Shown here: positions 55,701 to 64,000 of the stretch, piece after piece
Position numbering within the stretch: position 1 is the first letter of the stretch
Layout: each line of letters opens with the position of its first letter
Assembly (NCBI RefSeq): GCF_009914755.1
Contig: NC_060941.1
Direction: 5' to 3' (one strand)
DNA length: 64,000 bases
Source of the DNA: the human T2T-CHM13v2.0 reference genome, Homo sapiens
Notes under the pieces: generated by a model
What the model was told of the DNA's origin: nothing
Databases searched by the model: none
Seen by the model: the letters and a program-made list of their open reading frames with translations, nothing else
Made by a program: the position numbers and the translations under genes

Positions 55701-58700
55701 TGTGATGATTGCATTCAACTCACAGAGTTGAACCCTCCTATGGATAGAGCAGTGTTGAAACTCTCTTTTTGTGGAATCTGCAAGTGGATATGTGGACCTC
55801 TCCGAAGATGTCTTTGGAAACGGGAATATCTTCACATAAAAACTAAACAGAAGCATTCTCAGAAACTTCTCTGTGATGTTTGTGTTCAACTCCCAGAGTT
55901 TCACATTGCTTTTCATAGAGTAGTTCTGAAACATGCTTTTCGTAGTGTCTACAAGTGGACATTTGGAGCGCTTTCAGGCCTGTGGTGGAAAACGAATTAT
56001 GGTCACATAAAAACTGGAGAGAAGCATTGTCAGAAACTTCTTTGTGATGATTGCATTCAACTCACAGAGTTGAAGGTTCCTTTTCAAAGAGCAGTTTCCA
56101 ATCACTCTTTGTGTGGAATCTGCAAGTGGATATTTGGACCTATTTTGAAGATTTCGTTGGAAACGGGAGAATCTTCACAGGAAAGCTAAACAGAAGCATT
56201 CTCAGAAACTTCTTTGTGATGCTTGCATTCAACTCACAGAGTTGAACTTTCCTTTCGAGAGAGAAGCTTTGAAACACTCTTTTTCCAGAATCTGCAAGTG
56301 GACATTTGGAGGGCTTTGAGGCCTGTGGTGGAAAAGGAATTATCTTCCCGTAAAAGCTAGATAGAAGCATTCTCAGAAACTACTTTGTGATGATTGCATT
56401 CAAGTCACAGAGTTGAACATTCCCTTTGACAGAGCAGTTTGGAAACTCTCTTTGTGTAGAATCTGCAAGTGGAGATACGGACCGCTTTGAGGCCTATGGT
56501 AGTAAAGGAAATAGCTTCATATAAAAGCTAGACAGTAGCATTCACAGAAAACTCTTGGTGACGACTGAGTTTAACTCACAGAGCTGAACATTCCTTTGGA
56601 TGGAGCAGTTTCGAAACACACTATTTGTAGAATGTGCAAGTGGATATTTAGGCCTCTCTGAGGATTTCGTTGGAAACGGGATAAACCGCACAGAACTAAA
56701 CAGAAGCATTCTCAGAACCTTCTTCGTGATGTTTGCATTCAACTCACAGTGTTGAACCTTTCTTTGATAGTTCAGGTTTGAAACGGTCTTTCTGTAGAAA
56801 CTGCAAGTAGATATTTGGACCTCTCTGAGGATTTCGTTGGAAACGGGATAACCCGCACAGAACTAAAACAGAAGCATTCTCAGAACCCTCTTCGTGATGT
56901 TTGCATTCAACTCACAGTGCTGAACCTTTCTTTGATAGTTCAGCTTTGAAACACTCTTTTTGTAGAAACTGCAAGTGGATATTTGGTCCTCTCTGAGCAT
57001 TTCGTTGGAAACGGGATAAACTGCACAGAACTAAACAGAAGCATTCTCAGAACCTTCTTCGTGATGTCTGCATTCAACTCACAGTGTGGAACCTTTCTTT
57101 GATAGTTCAGGTTTGAAACACTCTTTCTGTAGAAACTGCAAGGGGATAATTGCACTCTTTGAGGAGTACCGTAGTAAAGGAAATAACTTCCTATAAAAAG
57201 AAGACAGAAGCTTTCTCAGAAAATTCTTTGGGATGATTGAGTTGAACTCACAGGGCTGAGCATTCCTTGCGATGTAGCAGTTTAGAAACACACTTTCTGC
57301 AGAATCTGCAAGTGCATATTTGGACCTCTGTGAGGAATTCGTTGGAAACGGGATAATTTCAGCTGACTAAACAGAAGCAGTCTCAGAATCTTCTTTGTGA
57401 TGTTTGCATTCAAATCCCCGAGTTGAACTTTCCTTTCAAAGTTCACGTTTGAAACACTCTTTTTGCAGGATCTACAAGTGGATATTTGGACCACTCTGTG
57501 TCCTTCGTTCGAAACGGGTATATCTTCACATGACATCTAGACAGAAGCATCCTCAGAAGCTTCTCTGTGATGACTGCATTCAACTCACGGAGTTGAACAC
57601 TCCTTTTGAGAGCGCAGTTTTGAAACTCTCTTTCTGTGGCATCTGCAAGGGGACATGTAGACCTCTTTGAAGATTTCGTTGGAAACGGAATCATCTTCAC
57701 ATAAAAACTATACAGACGCATTCTCAGGAACTTTTTGGTGATGTTTGTATTCAACTCCCAGAGTTGAACTTTCCTTTGGAAAGAGCAGCTATGAAACACT
57801 CTTTTTCTAGAATCTGCAAGTGGACGTTTGGAGGGCTTTGTGGTTTGTGGTGGAAAAGGAAATATCTTCACCTAAATACTAGATAGAAGCATTCTCAGAA
57901 ACTGCTTTGTGATGATTGCATTCACCTCACAGAGTTGAACATTCCTATTGATAGAGCAGTTTGGAAACACTCTTGTTGTGGAATGTGCAAGTGGAGATTT
58001 GGAGCGCTTTGAGGCCTATGGTAGTAAAGGGAATAGCTTCATAGAAAAACTAGACAGAAGCATTCTCAGAAAATACTTTGTGATGATTGAGTTTAACTCA
58101 CAGAGCTGAACATTCCTTTGGATGGAGCAGGTTTGAGACACACTTTTTGTAGAATCTACAAGTGGATATTTGGACCTCTCTGAGGATTTCGTTGGAAACG
58201 GGATAACTGCACCTAACTAAACGGAAGCATTCTCAGAAACTTCTTGGTGATGTTTGCATTCAAATCCCAGAGTTGAACCTTCCTTTGATAGTTCAGGTTT
58301 GAAACACTCTTTTTGTAGGATCTGCAAGTGGATATTTGGACCACTCTGTGGCCTTCGTTCGAAACGGGTATATCTTCGCATAAAATCTAGACAGAAGCCT
58401 TCTCAGAAACTTCTCTGTGATGATTGCATTCAACTCACAGAGTTGAACCCTCCTATGGATAGAGCAGTGTTGAAACTCTCTTTTTGTGGAATCTGCAAGT
58501 GGATATGTGGACCTCTCCGAAGATGTCTTTGGAAACGGGAATATCTTCACATAAAAACTAAACTGAAGCATTCTCAGAAACTTCTCTGTGATGTTTGTGT
58601 TCAACTCCCAGAGTTTCACATTGCTTTTCATAGAGTAGTTCTGAAACATGCTTTTCGTAGTGTCTACAAGTGGACATTTGGAGCGCTTTCAGGCCTGTGG

Positions 58701-61581
58701 TGGAAAACGAATTATGGTCACATAAAAACTGGAGAGAAGCATTGTCAGAAACTTCTTTGTGATGATTGCATTCAACTCACAGGGTTGAAGGTTCCTTTTC
58801 AAAGAGCAGTTTCCAATCACTCTTTGTGTGGAATCTGCAAGTGGATATTTGGACCTATTTTGAAGATTTCGTTGGAAACGGGAGAATCTTCACAGGAAAG
58901 CTAAACAGAAGCATTCTCAGAAACTTCTTTGTGATGCTTGCATTCAACTCACAGAGTTGAACTTTCCTTTCGAGAGAGAAGCTTTGAAACACTCTTTTTC
59001 CAGAATCTGCAAGTGGACATTTGGAGGGCTTTGAGGCCTGTGGTGGAAAAGGAATTATCTTCCCGTAAAAGCTAGATAGAAGCATTCTCAGAAACTACTT
59101 TGTGATGATTGCATTCAAGTCACAGAGTTGAACATTCCCTTTGACACAGCAGTTTGGAAACTCTCTTTGTGTAGAATCTGCAAGTGGAGATACGGACCGC
59201 TTTGAGGCCTATGGTAGTAAAGGAAATAGCTTCATATAAAAGCTAGACAGTAGCATTCACAGAAAACTCTTGGTGACGACTGAGTTTAACTCACAGAGCT
59301 GAACATTCCTTTGGATGGAGCAGTTTCGAAACACACTATTTGTAGAATGTGCAAGTGGATATTTAGGCCTCTCTGAGGATTTCGTTGGAAACGGGATAAA
59401 CCGCACAGAACTAAACAGAAGCATTCTCAGAACCTTCTTCGTGATGTTTGCATTCAACTCACAGTGTTGAACCTTTCTTTGATAGTTCAGGTTTGAAACG
59501 GTCTTTCTGTAGAAACTGCAAGTAGATATTTGGACCTCTCTGAGGATTTCGTTGGAAACGGGATAACCCGCACAGAACTAAAACAGAAGCATTCTCAGAA
59601 CCCTCTTCGTGATGTTTGCATTCAACTCACAGTGCTGAACCTTTCTTTGATAGTTCAGCTTTGAAACACTCTTTTTGTAGAAACTGCAAGTGGATATTTG
59701 GTCCTCTCTGAGCATTTCGTTGGAAACGGGATAAACTGCACAGAACTAAACAGAAGCATTCTCAGAACCTTCTTCGTGATGTCTGCATTCAACTCACAGT
59801 GTGGAACCTTTCTTTGATAGTTCAGGTTTGAAACACTCTTTTTGTAGAAACTGCAAGGGGATCATTGCACTCTTTGAGGAGTACCGTAGTAAAGGAAATA
59901 ACTTCCTATAAAAAGAAGACAGAAGCTTTCTCAGAAAATTCTTTGGGATGATTGAGTTGAACTCACAGAGCTGAGCATTCCTTGCGATGTAGCAGTTTAG
60001 AAACACACTTTCTGCAGAATCTGCAAGTGCATATTTGGACCTCTGTGAGGAATTCGTTGGAAACGGGATAATTTCAGCTGACTAAACAGAAGCAGTCTCA
60101 GAATCTTCTTTGTGATGTTTGCATTCAAATCCCCGAGTTGAACTTTCCTTTCAAAGTTCACGTTTGAAACACTCTTTTTGCAGGATCTACAAGTGGATAT
60201 TTGGACCACTCTGTGTCCTTCGTTCGAAACGGGTATATCTTCACATGACATCTAGACAGAAGCATCCTCAGAAGCTTCTCTGTGATGACTGCATTCAACT
60301 CACGGAGTTGAACACTCCTTTTGAGAGCGCAGTTTTGAAACTCTCTTTCTGTGGCATCTGCAAGGGGACACGTAGACCTCTTTGAAGATTTCGTTGGAAA
60401 CGGAATCATCTTCACATAAAAACTACACAGACGCATTCTCAGGAACTTTTTGGTGATGTTTGTATTCAACTCCCAGAGTTGAACTTTCCTTTGGAAAGAG
60501 CAGCTATGAAACACTCTTTTTCTAGAATCTGCAAGTGGACGTTTGGAGGGCTTTGTGGTTTGTGGTGGAAAAGGAAATATCTTCACCTAAATACTAGATA
60601 GAAGCATTCTCAGAAACTGCTTTGTGATGATTGCATTCACCTCACAGAGTTGAACATTCCTATTGATAGAGCAGTTTGGAAACACTCTTTTTGTGGAATG
60701 TGCAAGTGGAGATTTGGAGCGCTTTGAGGCCTATGGTAGTAAAGGGAATAGCTTCATAGAAAAACTAGACAGAAGCATTCTCAGAAAATACTTTGTGATG
60801 ATTGAGTTTAACTCACAGAGCTGAACATTCCTTTGGATGGAGCAGGTTTGAGACACACTTTTTGTAGAATCTACAAGTGGATATTTGGACCTCTCTGAGG
60901 ATTTCGTTGGAAACGGGATAACTGCACCTAACTAAACGGAAGCATTCTCAGAAACTTCTTGGTGATGTTTGCATTCAAATCCCAGAGTTGAACCTTCCTT
61001 TGATAGTTCAGGTTTGAAACACTCTTTTTGTAGGATCTGCAAGTGGATATTTGGACCACTCTGTGGCCTTCGTTCGAAACGGGTATATCTTCGCATAAAA
61101 TCTAGACAGAAGCCTTCTCAGAAACTTCTCTGTGATGATTGCATTCAACTCACAGAGTTGAACCCTCCTATGGATAGAGCAGTGTTGAAACTCTCTTTTT
61201 GTGGAATCTGCAAGTGGATATGTGGACCTCTCCGAAGATGTCTTTGGAAACGGGAATATCTTCACATAAAAACTAAACAGAAGCATTCTCAGAAACTTCT
61301 CTGTGATGTTTGTGTTCAACTCCCAGAGTTTCACATTGCTTTTCATAGAGTAGTTCTGAAACATGCTTTTCGTAGTGTCTACAAGTGGACATTTGGAGCG
61401 CTTTCAGGCCTGTGGTGGAAAACGAATTATGGTCACATAAAAACTGGAGAGAAGCATTGTCAGAAACTTCTTTGTGATGATTGCATTCAACTCACAGAGT
61501 TGAAGGTTCCTTTTCAAAGAGCAGTTTCCAATCACTCTTTGTGTGGAATCTGCAAGTGGATATTCGGACCTATTTTGAAGA

Positions 61582-61598
61582 TTTCATTGGAAACGGGA
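61582..61598 (+). promoter_or_regulatory. Mutated CENP-B box (m11, HOR copy 23): TTCG>TTCA
   Basis: tttcAttggaaacggga, G>A at 61586. Confidence 0.85.
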
Positions 61599-64000
61599 GA
61601 ATCTTCACAGGAAAGCTAAACAGAAGCATTCTCAGAAACTTCTTTGTGATGCTTGCATTCAACTCACAGAGTTGAACTTTCCTTTCGAGAGAGAAGCTTT
61701 GAAACACTCTTTTTCCAGAATCTGCAAGTGGACATTTGGAGGGCTTTGAGGCCTGTGGTGGAAAAGGAATTATCTTCCCGTAAAAGCTAGATAGAAGCAT
61801 TCTCAGAAACTACTTTGTGATGATTGCATTCAAGTCACAGAGTTGAACATTCCCTTTGACAGAGCAGTTTGGAAACTCTCTTTGTGTAGAATCTGCAAGT
61901 GGAGATATGGACTGCTTTGAGGCCTATGGTAGTAAAGGAAATAGCTTCATATAAAAGCTAGACAGTAGCATTCACAGAAAACTCTTGGTGACGACTGAGT
62001 TTAACTCACAGAGCTGAACATTCCTTTGGATGGAGCAGTTTCGAAACACACTATTTGTAGAATGTGCAAGTGGATATTTAGGCCTCTCTGAGGATTTCGT
62101 TGGAAACGGGATAAACCGCACAGAACTAAACAGAAGCATTCTCAGAACCTTCTTCGTGATGTTTGCATTCAACTCACAGTGTTGAACCTTTCTTTGATAG
62201 TTCAGGTTTGAAACGGTCTTTCTGTAGAAACTGCAAGTAGATATTTGGACCTCTCTGAGGATTTCGTTGGAAACGGGATAACCCGCACAGAACTAAAACA
62301 GAAGCATTCTCAGAACCCTCTTCGTGATGTTTGCATTCAACTCACAGTGCTGAACCTTTCTTTGATAGTTCAGCTTTGAAACACTCTTTTTGTAGAAACT
62401 GCAAGTGGATATTTGGTCCTCTCTGAGCATTTCGTTGGAAACGGGATAAACTGCACAGAACTAAACAGAAGCATTCTCAGAACCTTCTTCGTGATGTCTG
62501 CATTCAACTCACAGTGTGGAACCTTTCTTTGATAGTTCAGGTTTGAAACACTCTTTTTGTAGAAACTGCAAGGGGATAATTGCACTCTTTGAGGAGTACC
62601 GTAGTAAAGGAAATAACTTCCTATAAAAAGAAGACAGAAGCTTTCTCAGAAAATTCTTTGGGATGATTGAGTTGAACTCACAGAGCTGAGCATTCCTTGC
62701 GATGTAGCAGTTTAGAAACACACTTTCTGCAGAATCTGCAAGTGCATATTTGGACCTCTGTGAGGAATTCGTTGGAAACGGGATAATTTCAGCTGACTAA
62801 ACAGAAGCAGTCTCAGAATCTTCTTTGTGATGTTTGCATTCAAATCCCCGAGTTGAACTTTCCTTTCAAAGTTCACGTTTGAAACACTCTTTTTGCAGGA
62901 TCTACAAGTGGATATTTGGACCACTCTGTGTCCTTCGTTCGAAACGGGTATATCTTCACATGACATCTAGACAGAAGCATCCTCAGAAGCTTCTCTGTGA
63001 TGACTGCATTCAACTCACGGAGTTGAACACTCCTTTTGAGAGCGCAGTTTTGAAACTCTCTTTCTGTGGCATCTGCAAGGGGACACGTAGACCTCTTTGA
63101 AGATTTCGTTGGAAACGGAATCATCTTCACATAAAAACTATACAGATGCATTCTCAGGAACTTTTTGGTGATGTTTGTATTCAACTCCCAGAGTTGAACT
63201 TTCCTTTGGAAAGAGCAGCTATGAAACACTCTTTTTCTAGAATCTGCAAGTGGACGTTTGGAGGGCTTTGTGTTTTGTGGTGGAAAAGGAAATATCTTCA
63301 CCTAAATACTAGAGAGAAGCATTCTCAGAAACTGCTTTGTGATGATTGCATTCACCTCACAGAGTTGAACATTCCTATTGATAGAGCAGTTTGGAAACAC
63401 TCTTGTTGTGGAATGTGCAAGTGGAGATTTGGAGCGCTTTGAGGCCTATGGTAGTAAAGGGAATAGCTTCATAGAAAAACTAGACAGAAGCATTCTCAGA
63501 AAATACTTTGTGATGATTGAGTTTAACTCACAGAGCTGAACATTCCTTTGGATGGAGCAGGTTTGAGACACACCTTTTGTAGAATCTACAAGTGGATATT
63601 TGGACCTCTCTGAGGATTTCGTTGGAAACGGGATAACTGCACCTAACTAAACGGAAGCATTCTCAGAAACTTCTTGGTGATGTTTGCATTCAAATCCCAG
63701 AGTTGAACCTTCCTTTGATAGTTCAGGTTTGAAACACTCTTTTTGTAGGATCTGCAAGTGGATATTTGGACCACTCTGTGGCCTTCGTTCGAAACGGGTA
63801 TATCTTCGCATAAAATCTAGACAGAAGCCTTCTCAGAAACTTCTCTGTGATGATTGCATTCAACTCACAGAGTTGAACCCTCCTATGGATAGAGCAGTGT
63901 TGAAACTCTCTTTTTGTGGAATCTGCAAGTGGATATGTGGACCTCTCCGAAGATGTCTTTGGAAACGGGAATATCTTCACATAAAAACTAAACAGAAGCA

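Larger units (their letters stand above)
1..64000 (+). repeat. D17Z1: Centromeric alpha-satellite higher-order repeat array, 16-mer HOR of 2,715 bp, about 23.6 tandem copies; most consistent with human chr17 D17Z1 (SF3)
   Basis: Seen: alphoid monomer motifs (cagaagcattctcagaaactt...gcattcaactcacagagttgaac...tttgaaacactc...gcaagtggatatttgg) recur about every 171 bp, and the ORF track repeats with an exact 2,715-bp offset from start to end. Knowledge: a 2.7-kb EcoRI 16-mer of pentameric ancestry is the D17Z1 HOR. Alpha-satellite identity is essentially certain; the chromosome assignment was not checked by alignment. Confidence 0.95.
41427..64000 (+). repeat. 5-HOR (13,575-bp) super-repeat defined by shared variants; second unit truncated by the window end
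   Basis: Ten minor alleles are repeated at exactly +13,575 bp (listed in findings). Confidence 0.7.

Noticed and set aside
63146-63442. 98-aa ORF unique to the last HOR copy
   Set aside because: It arises by chance from a C>T creating ATG (63147) plus a T>G removing a TAG stop (63314) in satellite sequence; nothing supports expression.
1-64000. CRISPR-like pattern of a recurring motif (ttcgttggaaacggga) separated by variable sequence
   Set aside because: The intervening sequences are homologous monomer bodies of about 150 bp that repeat every 2,715 bp, not unique spacers. The motif is the CENP-B box and there are no cas genes.
1-64000. Embedded transposon (L1/Alu), inversion or non-satellite island
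   Set aside because: The exact 2,715-bp phase and single orientation leave no room for an insertion, and no poly-A tail or target-site duplication was seen.
1-64000. Alternative assignment to other SF3 arrays (DXZ1 12-mer, D11Z1 5-mer, D17Z1-B/C 14-mers)
   Set aside because: The unit here is 16 monomers and 2,715 bp with one EcoRI site, which does not fit those HOR lengths.

Overview
The whole 64 kb window is one uninterrupted, single-orientation array of primate centromeric alpha-satellite DNA. It is organised as a 2,715-bp higher-order repeat (HOR) of 16 monomers (167-172 bp each), present in about 23.6 copies. The 16-mer length, the single EcoRI site per unit and the pentamer-derived B-B-B-A-A monomer pattern match the suprachromosomal family 3 (SF3) array D17Z1 of human chromosome 17; this assignment is from recalled knowledge, not a database search. 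Each HOR has 8 intact CENP-B boxes, 2 degenerate ones and 6 A-type (pJalpha-like) monomers. I found no credible genes, RNA genes, transposons or CRISPR arrays, and the ORF track is an artefact of the repeat. I found no new protein-based system. The informative signal is in about 33 single-base variant sites between HOR copies (read by eye). They show a 5-HOR (13,575-bp) super-repeat, a younger 2-HOR (5,430-bp) tandem duplication, a sharp homogeneity step near 35 kb, identical substitutions at equivalent positions of different monomers, and five CENP-B box knockouts. Numbering used throughout: HOR copy k starts at 1+2715*(k-1), and m1-m16 are the monomers counted from position 21.
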